Source of the DNA: Epiperipatus broadwayi
Taxonomy: Eukaryota; Animalia; Onychophora
DNA: 64,000 bases
NCBI GenBank assembly: GCA_028023455.1
Contig: JAQFVV010000001.1
Coordinates: 14,756,001 to 14,820,000 of the forward strand
Direction of reading: 5' to 3'
The notes beneath the pieces are model-generated. The model saw only the letters and a program-made list of their open reading frames with translations. It was not told where the DNA came from and made no database searches. This document shows positions 52,295-64,000 of the stretch, in pieces. The translations under genes were made by a program, and so were the position numbers. Every line of letters starts with the position of its first letter. Within the stretch, counting starts at the first letter, position 1.

Positions 52295-55200
52295 CTAGAT
52301 AGTAAAAACAAACATCTTGTAGCAATTTTATATTTAAATAATTATGATTATTTTATAAATAAAATCATAACAAAACAAAAAAATAAAATTATAAATAAAA
52401 GGACATTATCTGAATTAAATAGAAATTAAAAACTACTTCAAAAATGGTGATTTTAATAATTTAGTATCACATAATAATTAATATATATTGAAATAAATTA
52501 TGTCTTATTCATTTCATTGTCAGCCATATGGTGATCCACAAAACAATAAGTTGTTTTTCAGTTGTTATGTGAATAGCTAATAAATATAGCATTCAAAAAT
52601 TTAAAAAAAAAATTATAAAATAGAGTAAGTAGTTTAAAATAAAGTAATAAATGTAATAATAATAGATAATGTTCAAATTTTTTAATATATTATTAAGAAT
52701 CATATTTTGAAATAATTATAAATAATAATAGGTTTTATTTATATATAGTAAGTGTTTAAATTAAAAAAAAAAAAACTAATAAATTATGGTTATGTTAAAA
52801 TTATTCTGCTTATCAAAGATTAAAAGAATATATAAACAACTCAGTTAAAAATACTAATATTAAAATAAATAGGTTTTAAATAATTGGATTAAAAATAAGT
52901 GAATAAAAAGATTGAGCCTGCTATGAGATGAGGTTTAAAAACAAGGAAAAAATTCAACTATTTAATAATAACTAACTTCAATCAATAAATAATTATGTTT
53001 TGAAAATTTACATAATTAAAATAAAATGAAGTCATAAAGGTGTTAAAAATAAGAGATTCTCAAAGATGTTAAAACAATAGGTTAAATGTAAGAAAATAGT
53101 CAGTTTTTCTTGAAATTGGTCAGTCTGGATTCTTACTCTATTTAAACTGTATCAAACCATCATTAGGATGACCGAGTAAAAAAGAGGAAAAACTGCTGAC
53201 TGCCTGAAATCTAGTCTGAATCCCTAGTGAATCTGACCAAGCTATTTAGAAGAAATCACTACTCAAAATTAAGAAAAAAATGCTTAAACCTCAACTTTCA
53301 AAGACAGGAGATTGATAAAAGACATTACAGCAAATAGTAAAAAAGGAACATGATTATAAATGGAATCAATTAATGCATGTCATTGTGGAAGAAATATTAG
53401 TCTGCAAAAAAAAAAAAATCTTCAAAATGAGCTGTAATGAATTCTGGCTATAAAACTTTTATTGTGTAAGTTTAAAAAAAAACTGTTTATCAATTAGACT
53501 ATTATTCTAATATATGAACAGTTTAAGTTTTATTTTATGACTTCTTAGAATATATTAATTCTAACAAGCTATATTTTATTATGTATAAAATGTTTGTATA
53601 ATATATTATTTAACTGACTGATTAAAGGGGAGAAAAGAATGTTTTGTTTAAAAAAAGAGTCAGCATTTGATATTAAGCAGATATAAATACTTGAGCTGCA
53701 TTTTAAAACATCTAAATACAAAATTCGCTTCATCTTTTCTTTTATTATATATATGCTTAGCTAAAATTTTATCACCTTTTAAAAAATAAAAAAAAATTCT
53801 TTTAATGTACAAATTGTCAGCAAATATATAAAATTAGATAAAATAATCAATCTCTCTCACTATATAACTAATATACCAAATAATTTCTGATCCTTAGATG
53901 AATCAGAAGTTTAAATCAATTAAATAAGTAAACTCAAAATATGACATTTCATTTTGGACCTTGATTGTTTTATATTCATATAAAGTGTTCAATCTAACAA
54001 TGCATATTTATGTTTCACAATGGCTGGCTAATTTATATTCACATTACAACATTCAACAGAACAGAACTTCTGATCTATCAAATGATCAGAAGTTGTTCCA
54101 TCATATACATGTACAGTGAAAGGGATTGATATGAAAAATCTTACATGATTTAATAACAAATTTTCAGAAATGCAATTTAAAGATTTTTATTGGTTACAGA
54201 TTTATCTCACATTGTCCATTTTATTATTTATATAAATATTATATAATGGGAGAAAGCATTGGGTTTTAAAGCATAAGTTAAAAACACTTAGGTATTTCTC
54301 TTCTGTGGTTTACTAGTAATAGAGTATTAGAATTTTGGACCTTATTTTTTGGATGGAATTCCAGTTCTGACACATCAATTTCTTATAAATTCTTAAACAA
54401 TAAACCCAGTCGATATTTATTTATTTCTCATTTAGCTCTCTATGCATATTAAGTATTCATCAGAGCTTCCTAGTGAGATTTCTTTTTTTTTTTTTTTTTG
54501 GAATAAAATTAAAACTTATATTTAACAAATACTATACATATTGCTATGACTTAATAATATTTAACAAAGTGTATGACATCATGCATCCATCTTTTATTCT
54601 ATCATTTTTTATCTCTGAAATAATTTTAAAACTGAGATATTCTCTAATTTCATACTCAGTTTTTGATTTCCAATTTTCTGGGAAAAGGAATTGTAAACTA
54701 CATTAAATTCTATTCCTATTTTGTAATATAGTGTGAGCATAGCTTAAAATCGCACCCACACCAACCTTTAGCCACCTGAGATAATGAATTATGCTTCGTC
54801 AAGACTTATATTTGGCTAAATTAATAGGTTTTCGAGCATACTACTTAGGAATCTTAAAGAGGTGGATGCATATATATACATAGGCATAACATATTAATGC
54901 TATGAGATAATTGAATAGTAAATCATAGGATTACTGGATCTCACACTTATATATGTGTCTAAAACAAATTAAACCTCAATTGTTAGAATAAGTAAATTTA
55001 GCCCTGAACAGAATTTAATACAAACATATATGTATGATAATAAGCATTGTGTGTCAAATGTTTTGTACATCATCAATAAACATGAAACAATGACTTAAAT
55101 GATGACAAGCTAACTACGATAATGAGAAAAGGTCAAATACTGTGCCAAGCAACCAAATGTAAAAAGGAAATAGTAATGTGTAACTTAATTTCTTGAATCG

Positions 55201-55545
55201 ACTATCACAACACCTTTGTAAAGACAACAATAGATACATGTAAAGGAAATTAAATGTTTCATATACAAGGAAATGAAAATGACACCAGCTATAAAAAAAA
55301 AAATGAAATAACAACCTTTCTTCTTCAAAATAATATACTCACTAAGGAAAGCCAGTTCCAATGAAACAGGAAAATTGAACACCATATAAAATGGCCAATA
55401 ACCACCCCATGATCACCAGTTCTTATGCTTGTTTATTTATTAAAATAGGCAAAACTCTCCATACAATATTGCCACTCAGTGCAAGCCACAGTAATCAACG
55501 GATGCTAGAAGGTTTGTGCATAAAATCTCCAATCTAGTGCCTACT

Positions 55546-55606
55546 CATCCAATACCCCCAGACTAGTTTCTGGTTTGTGGCCTTCGTCAGTGAGGAGCCT
55601 TGGATC
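55546..55606 (-). ncRNA. Minimal type I hammerhead ribozyme motif, best-preserved copy
   Basis: Minus strand reads AUCCAA-GGCU-CCUCA-CUGACGA-AGGCCACAAACCA-GAAA-CUAG-UC-UGGGG-GUA-UUGGAU. Stem I is CCUCA/UGGGG, extended by AUCCAA/UUGGAU; stem II pairs poorly in this copy. Confidence 0.72.
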
Positions 55607-55939
55607 TGAGAGCACTGCACCTAGATCTTAGGATCTAATGCAACTCTCCAGCAGCCATCTTTTATCTCTAAACTACAAAGCTATGAGTCACAAATTGAAA
55701 ACACAATAATATTTTCAATCCAAGCTCATAGGCCTATATAGTCATATAGACTTGAACTCAGTTCAGTACCTATACATTTTGGTGTTTTTGGTTCTTTAAT
55801 AACCACCGCCACCACTATTCCATTAGGCAGGAGTGGCAATACTGTATGGAGAGTTTTGCCTGTTTTAATAACAGTTATAAGCAAGCATAAGAAATGGTGA
55901 TCATGTGGTGTTTATTGGCTTAAAACCAATCCTGCCTAA

Positions 55940-56013
55940 TGGGATAGTGGTGACTGTGGTTATCAAAGAACCAAAGACACCAAAATGTATAGGTACTGAA
56001 CTGAGTTCAAACC
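55940..56013 (+). promoter_or_regulatory. Candidate internal Pol III promoter (A box and B box) in the hammerhead repeat
   Basis: TGGGATAGTGG at 55940-55950 (consensus TGGCNNAGTGG) and GAGTTCAAACC at 56003-56013 (GWTCRANNC), 52 bp apart. Both also occur in the forward copy. Confidence 0.45.
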
Positions 56014-59000
56014 TATATGACTATATAGGCTAATGAGCTTGAATTAAAAATATTATTGTGTTTTCAATTTGGGACTCATAGCTTTAAAAGCTAGAAAATA
56101 AATATATACATAGCCAGCACCACAGGTGATAAAATAATTGGTTTTTAGTGTGTGGAAAGTATTTTTTCTTTAACTGTGAACTCTAATTAATTGAAAATCT
56201 GTATATTTTGGATTGACACAATGTGGTCCGGCTAGAGCGATGGATTGTCGTTGGTGAGAGCACTGACCCTGAAACTATTGTCTACAGTCAAAGTATCTAA
56301 TAGACTTCATTCATACAGCATGGAATGTTTACACCAGAAGTGGAAGAAAATCATAGGCAGCCAATACAGAATTGTTCAGAGCTTGCTATTCAGGAGCAGA
56401 ATCAAAAGACCCACATCTGCATAGAGAGAAGTACCTAAACTGTATGAACTACGATTTAAAAAGTACTATATTGACTCACAAATTTTGATTTATCAATTCA
56501 TGAAATATATCTTGTTATGCGTTCTGATTTTTTTATTTTTTTTTATTTTACCTATGTATGTATTATTAGCTTTATTACTTCATTCTAACTGTTTGGAAAT
56601 ATGAAACTGTATGTTTCGATATTCTGGGAGAGTCCAAGTTAGGAGAACGCAAGAAAAGCAGGGAGGAAAGGCTGAAGTTAGTTGTAATTTTTTTTTTTTA
56701 ATTAAGTTCAGGTTCAATTTCCTTTCCAAGTATTTGACTTTTGTCCATAACTGTTTACTTGGATTTTGGAGGTAAGATTTTTAATTTTAAATATCACACA
56801 CTCAATGATACAGAATTATATTTTTGTAGTTTAGTAAACTAACAATATTACTTAAGTTATGTTTAGTGTGAATGATTAATTTTCTAAACAGATCTGCTTT
56901 TCCTATCATATTAAGAATTATTTTGTTGCTTAATACATGATAATTGAAGGGGGGGGGGGTCTTCAGATAAGTCAATCCACAACTATTGGAATTGCAGACC
57001 AAACCTACACTTATAATAAACATCAATACTAATTTAGCTACTTAGCTTCAATGTATTAAATAAAACTCTTCATTTTTATTATTAATATTATTCTGTACAT
57101 AGGAATGTCTGTGTTATGAGCCGCTATCATTGGGATTATAGAGGATAGGAAACTTTAATTTATTAAATTGCTTGTGTGATAGATGCTTATTACTGACAAT
57201 TAAACTCCAAGTGTACATTTATTTTTATTTTTATTATTTGTAAATATCCGATAAATTTTTGGACTTATCCAAGTTTTATTAATATTTTCATATTTTTCTC
57301 ATTTTATAAAATAAATCTCGTTAAATTTGTTAAATTGATATAATCTCTCTATTTTATAACTGTAGTAGAGAAATTCTAAATAAAGACCATTCAGTAATAG
57401 TAACACTGAGGAGGTGCACATCCCTGTTAAGAGAGTTGAATGTGAATTCTCCCTGAGTTTGAATGCTGAGGCAACAAATCTGAAAGAGAGTAGTGAGATG
57501 TAGGTGAACTGACCCAGGTTGCACCTATATTTAGTGAATGAGTATTGAGTTAGTCTATTGAAGGTGGGTGTAACCATAGGTCATGTACTTCATCGCACCG
57601 TCTCCAGCATCCTACATGATATCCCTAGGTCCAACCGTAGTCAGATGCGACTCTCTTTCAACATCATAATCCAGACCATTACAATAGTAATTTTATTTTT
57701 CTGTATGAAAAGATATTCAATATTAAAATTGGAATTTTATCTTTACAATGAGCAGAAAAAAAATATATATCCATGGTAAATTCAACAAACATGATTAAGT
57801 AATTTACATATGATACAAATAAAGTAATTTTCATTTCCAATTCTTATTTCATATAACAGAATGATTCCTCTTAAATAAATATTTATTTCAATGTTTGTTA
57901 AACAAATTATATCAAAAGTTTTCATATCCCATTGATTTTTAATATAAAACAAACGAACATTCAGATAAGGATAACTTTCATCTCCATTAAAGATTTTTTT
58001 AAATTATTTTAATTAGTTGAAATGCAAATAAATAAAAAAATTAAGTCATATAAAATGCTATATGTTTATTTTGGTTTTTTATTATTACAGTTTTACTAGA
58101 ACTATTAAAACATAATTACTATTAGATTCTCATTTGTTTAATACGTTAAATAATATTACTAAATAATAATAAAAATCTCATGATATACATTCCAATATAA
58201 TGTGCACAGAGAATGAATTTAGATGGTTGAAATTCATTTTGGATATTTAGAAACAATAATATGAAGAACAAATATATAAATATATGTTTGAATTCATGTG
58301 GAAGAACAATCAAAAAAATTATTCATGCAAAAAATAAGCAATAGTTGGAAAGTCGCTAAAAGAATCCCTATTGTGATTATGCAATAAATATCATACTTAT
58401 ATTTTTCACAACAGTAATCAACCGATTAAAAAAAAAAGTCTAGATCTAATCTCATGATATTAGTAAATTCACAAATGAATTCAATAAAATTTATTAATAT
58501 TATAAAATTGTATTCAGGCTTTTTTTTTTGGGGGGGGGGGGGGATTTATTCGATATTGTCCTGAAGAAAATAGCTGCAATATTAGTAAAAAGAATATTAA
58601 ATAATCTTATACATTATGTATAACTACAAAAAAAAGAGGAATCTTTTCATCATCATCCAGTTAACAATTTCTGCTTATATAGTTTCTTGTCTATTTTTAT
58701 GAAAAGAGAAGCAAAAAAAAAAGCATGACATATTTTACTTATGAAAATGTTTGCTGTAACAATATATTTATAATAAATATAATTAAATATGAAAACCTAA
58801 AAAAGAAATAATTACTATTTTAAAAATTGAGAACAAGAAACAAAAAAAAAAGATGGCTGAAAGGAATGCAAATGAGGCTGCATGGACAAAATATATAAAA
58901 AGCATGTTATACAGATTATCTACTCATTTTCCAATCCCAATAACAGAAAATATAATAGACAATATTCAGATTATCAAGTCTCTTCTTAATATTTAATTTT

Positions 59001-59089
59001 AACATCATTTTAATCTTATGTACAATTAACTATCATTTTATGTACATATATACACAGTTTATTTTCATCTTAATAAATTTTCAACTTAC

Positions 59090-59231
59090 TGATAGTATGA
59101 ATATCTACATTATCATCATAAGCAGCAATTCCAAAAACATCAACACATTTACAAGCTAATTTCAAAATGAGTTCATTCATGAGAGTGAGAGAGCCTCCAT
59201 TAAAACTAAAAGTACGAACAACAAAACTATC
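59090..59231 (-). CDS. MYCBP2: MYCBP2/Highwire exon (first found in window): DSFVVRTFSFNGGSLTLMNELILKLACKCVDVFGIAAYDDNVDIHTI
   Basis: Acceptor tatatag|GAT and donor A|GTAAGT; 142 bp, phase 0 to 1. The peptide resembles vertebrate MYCBP2 DGFVVRIF...ELQLKLARKC (recalled from memory). Not in the ORF track. Confidence 0.88.
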
Positions 59232-60229
59232 CTATATAAAAAAAAAAAAAAGAATTTACAATATATCTAATCAATAATAAGATCAAATATGAATCAAATA
59301 TAGAAAATGAATAAGAAAATAATAATACATCAAATATAAAACACACATTTTGCTTAATATTTTATGAACCATAAAATAAAAGAGTAAACTCTCCATTATG
59401 TATGTACATGTATGTTATAATATCTACACATATAATGTTAGAAAAAATAGCTATATAAAATTTAGTGAAAATCAGTATATAAAAAGAATTTGGATTTATA
59501 AAAAGATTAATTATGAACCAGAAAAACCACTCTAATTAGTCTTTAAAATCTCAAAAGAAAAAAGTTAACTGAATTCCGACAAAATTTAACTAAAACTAAT
59601 TAATTAATAATAATTAAAAGTAGAAGATTTCACTTATGCCAAGTGCATCTACAAATAAAAAAAAAAATTAAATAATGTCAGCAGCATCTGAATTGATCAA
59701 CAATTATATGGGAAAGAAATTCTAATAATTTATCAATATAGTACATGTTCTAGAATTGTTCAACCAAAAGACACATGCTCATAAAAGCTATGTGTACAAA
59801 CATGGACTTGCAATATAATGGTACTGGATGACATCATGTGTTACAATAAAAGTGTTTCTACCATCAACAGACTTGCTCTGAATATAAGCTCTAGGAACTT
59901 TAACAAGTTGCAATAATCTTCCTATGATTTTTAAATGTCGTTAAGTTTGTATATAGTTTGAATATATATGTATTTAATAAAATTAAAGATAGTATAAATG
60001 TTTGTATTAGTTATATATTAAATAATTACAACACAATTTGGCATAGTCTTATTAGTTTTTACCAGAGGATAATTATTTATAAGAATATGTCTGTTCTGAA
60101 GTGTAGGGATCACTCAGAAATAACAATTGGCACAGTTTCAATTTGAACCTTGCAATAAGCTAGTGGGGATAAATAGTCAGATTAATAGCTATCAAATGTG
60201 ATCATCAATTGATGAATTTGATATCAGTT

Positions 60230-62000
60230 ATACAAGTAATTGATCTTTCCATATTCAACATGTAGAAAAATATCTCTTTATCAATAAAATTGAAGATGAT
60301 AAAAATTAAAGCATCACTGCAATGTTCTGCAGACAAAATAGTAATAAAAATTTCTAAAAGGCTCTGTGAAACTGATACTCCTGAGGATTATCCTTTCAAT
60401 CAAGAAAAAAAAGATTGTTGAATTATTTTAGATCACATTCCTACAGGTTTATTGCTAGTTCAAGAACTGCCATCAGAGTAGAAATGAAAAGATTAAAGGT
60501 TACAATATTGCTCCTCATGATCCTGGCAAAAAATTGCATCTACAGCTCATTTCATGATGAGGCACTCCTAGAGAAATTTCTGTGGAGGATGAGCAGTGAT
60601 AATTTAAGACAACAGTTGCTATCTGGTAGTGGAATAAAATATAATGAAGCTATAAAACATGGTACACTTCATGAATTGGTGCTTGAGCAATCAAGAGAAT
60701 TTATGGAAATAAAATTCAAAGATGATGTACAAACTGATGTTTATAAAACAAATAAATCTGGGGGAAAGGTATTTAGAAACATAAAATAAAATAATAATAG
60801 TAATAAAACCCTTATTTGTTTTTGTTGTTAAAAGGCTGACCATAAAGCCAGGAATTGTTTACGCAAAAGAGGACCATTATAATCTCTGTAACAAAAAAGG
60901 TCATATTAAAATGATGTGAAATAAAAAAAATGAGTGAATCTGGTAAAGACCATAATGGCTGTAAAGATAATTAGTTAGCCAGTATAAAAAACATATCAAA
61001 AACACTGAATGTGATAAAAGTATGTTACAGTTAAAACTATACAGCAAACCCATATCTATAAAAGTTAGAAGTGAAAGTGGTGTATCTCTGAATTTGATGT
61101 GTGAATGGATTTCTGTAACTGCAAATGTAAAAAGCCACTGACAATCAAAAAAACTGAGTGAAAAGCCTTAGATGTAAACAGAAATGTAATTAAAAGAGTA
61201 ATTAATACCCCTGATAGTAAAATGGATGGTAAAACTTTCCATTTATCTCTTTTATGTAGTTTACGCTTCAATTAACCCACTAAGAGGTTGTGATTGGTTT
61301 AAACAATTGACATTAATATTACATTTGTTAAAAAGATTGAAATTGAGAAGAAAATGAGGGAAAAGTTTCATAAACTGCTTAATGGAGAACTAGGAAAAAT
61401 AAAAACTACCCTTGTATAATTAGAATTATATCCTGAGGCAATACCTGTAATATGCAAGCCTCACAAGATCCTGTTAGCTCAGAATGAATGAGTCTAGAAG
61501 ACAATTAACAAATTGACTAAAAATGGCATTTTAGAATCTACTAGAAATGTGATTGGTCTATGCAATTAGTAATCAATATTAAATCTAATGATCAAATTCG
61601 TTTGTGTGGTGATTATCGCATATCTGTAAATAAGGCAATAAATATGCTTACCCATACCTAACGTTAGAGAAATAATTGCTTCTTTGCAGAAATCTAACTC
61701 GTTTGCAAAACTGAATCTAAATGCAATATTCCACCAGATATTCGTGACAAATAGAGCTTCAGAAATACTAGCAATGGCTAGTCTAGTAGTGTTATTTAAA
61801 TGCAAGTGACTTCCATTTGGGATAACTTCTGTATCTAGTATTTTCTAGTCAAAAAATTGAAACCCTCCTTAATGAATTTGAAGGCATTATATTATTTTCT
61901 GAGGACATTCTAAATACTGCTATGACAGAAAATGAACTTGGAATTCATCTATGTAATGTATTCAAAAAACTTTTTAACATAATGCATTACTATCTACTAG
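60230..62000 (+). mobile_element. Decayed Ty3/gypsy LTR retrotransposon gag-pol remnant
   Basis: Gag-like LRQQLLSGSGIKYNEAIK (ORF 60415..60789) and a Zn-knuckle remnant CNKKGHI..C near 60890. RT motifs GILE..., IRLCGDYRISVNKA near 61600, FAKLNL.AIFHQI and LPFGITS, broken by many stops and frameshifts. Confidence 0.85.
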
Positions 62001-64000
62001 TGGAACATTTTTTTCGTTCATATCTTTTACAAATAAATATAACTTTTTCAGTTTTCAATAAATACTGCTGTTTTGTGGATGCAACTTTAGAAATTTCAGG
62101 TGCAAAAGTAATCCTAGCATGATCCCCCCCTTTTATGAATTAATGATTCTTAATGAATATCTATTAGTTATAGCGTACTTTTTTTTTCATTAAAAACTAA
62201 ATGAATTATTTTCATTAAAATTTCATGAATTCTTTTAGCCTTGATAGAATTCCTATCATCATTAATTTGCACTTTGAGGCCATTTTAAATGACATTTTAA
62301 TCTTCAATTTCACAATAATCAATATAGTTCACAAATGCAATTTATTCTTATCTAATTATCTAATTTTTTTTTCCCAAATCACAGGTTATTGAATAAGAGA
62401 ATTTTGATAAAACATTGCTATGGCAATCATACTGTGTATTAGAATCATGAGTTTACATATAACTAAGAGAGTTTATCATAATTCTATAATATTTTAATAC
62501 AATTATCTTTAAATTTTTATTATTATTTTTCCCCATAAATAATTGTTAAATATTTTCATATAAAATAAAGTTTACAGTAAGATTCCAAACAGAATAAGAT
62601 ACATAAAAGTCTAAAATAATTCTTTATATTTTAGCATTTAATTCTTAGGACAAATATTGTACAAATATGTAATTTGGAAAAAAAAAAACTTAAAGAAAAA
62701 ACTAAATTTAAGTATTACAAAACTAATACATCATATTAACATCAATGTTATATTTATTAACTTTTTTATTATTATTATTTCTAAGTCAGTCAGTTATTGG
62801 TTCAATTAAGAACAGAAAAAAATTTCTAAATAATTAATGAAACAAAATACTGAACTAAATGTTCTCTTTTTTGTTTCTTTGTTAAAAATAAAAAAAAAAG
62901 ATCTTACAAAACTTTTCTTATGGATATTTTATATTAAGGCTACATAAAAAATAAAAAAACTATCAGTTATAATAATCAATTGCTAGTTTACATTTCCTTT
63001 ATCAAAAAATTATTCAGATAAGATAAATTTACATTTCAATACATCTTATAAAATTTTTGAAAAAGAACTGCTTTATTTTATATTTAAATGCTATGCTTTT
63101 TACAATAATCATAATTTTTTTTTCTATTGTAATAGCAGATAAAAACATATTTCTTGGATAAAAAATGCATTTGGTAAACCAAATATCCTTGATATATTTT
63201 TAAAAATTATGTAAAAAAAAATCTACAGATGTGTATGTACTAATTTCCTTAGAGCTAATCTAAAGTTTTTTTGTTGTTGTTTCAGAGAGAATTCAATAGA
63301 AAATTCAATAAATCTGAGGTTCTTAAAGTGTTAATTTTTTTAAATATTTTTTTAAAATTGAACAAGTACTCTGTATACAACTAAGATCATAGAACATATA
63401 ATATTTCCTTACATTTTTTTTAAATCATTTTTTTCAATTCTTTTGAACTTATAACCAATAGCATAATAAAGATCTCTTCAATAGACCATCATAGAAAAGG
63501 ATATTATTCATTGGAATTGCCAATTATTATTCATGGTAATAAATTTGAGCATTTTGCATTTTTATTTACTTTCTGATAGGAATAGTGAACATCTATTCAC
63601 CAAATAATATTATATGGTTAGCAAAGTTGATTATCCTAAAAAAAAAAATAAGTATCTTAATCCTCAATAAAATTTGAACAAATTTTAAAGTTTTACCTGG
63701 CCCATTTTGAATCCAAGCATGGGAAAAGAAGTCAAATGTACTATTCAGTACACCATGAAGATCTTTGAAATAAGTATATTTGTTATTTTTCTTACAATTT
63801 TCATTCTATAATCCCATTTTGAAAATAAGTATTAAATAAAATAAAAATTAGAAATAAACAAAAACTGAAACTTTAATATTCTGAATTATAATTATTTAGT
63901 TCATTGTGGGACTGTTGCAATTGTAAGCAGTACAAGCAAATTGTTGCTAACTTTTTCAGGTAAGCAGAGTAGATTGGACTTTTGAATTTAACAATATCTT

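Larger units (their letters stand above)
55394..56085. mobile_element. Hammerhead-bearing ~455-bp repeat: nearly one full permuted unit plus an inverted, junction-spanning fragment
   Basis: Forward tract 55394-55832; inverted tract 55831-56085. Confidence 0.88.

Noticed and set aside
2789-62122. Most ORF-track entries rich in F, I, L, K, N and Y (for example 4437..4808, 15264..15590, 51638..52054)
   Set aside because: These are expected from AT-rich low-complexity DNA or are antisense shadows of real exons (25392..25601, 43407..43598, 51638..52054). They carry no recognisable domains.
63686-63757. Exon-like AG...GT segment on the minus strand (LHGVLNSTFDFFSHAWIQNGP)
   Set aside because: It does not resemble the MYCBP2 sequence expected upstream, and its phase (1) does not fit the phase-0 exon at 59231.

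Overview
Very AT-rich animal genomic DNA, probably invertebrate (taxon not determinable here). It is mostly intronic sequence of one minus-strand gene. Nine GT-AG exons at 14794-59231, 1363 coding bp in total, splice in continuous phase. They encode the RCC1-like and Cys-rich N-terminal part of the giant E3 ubiquitin ligase MYCBP2/Highwire/RPM-1, and the gene continues beyond both window ends. The introns hold nested, mostly decayed mobile DNA: non-LTR RT remnants, a Ty3/gypsy gag-pol remnant, solo-LTR-like segments, MITEs and minisatellites. There are also two young TIR elements, one with an unusual 20-bp target duplication, an internal repeat array and a three-hairpin cassette. The most notable signal is a set of minimal type I hammerhead ribozyme (HHR) repeats. 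One is a ~455-bp non-coding monomer found in tandem, inverted and circularly permuted copies with candidate Pol III A/B boxes (retrozyme or Sm-alpha-like). The other is a Penelope-type HHR family embedded in short palindromic insertions. All alignments and folds were done by eye; no database search was run.
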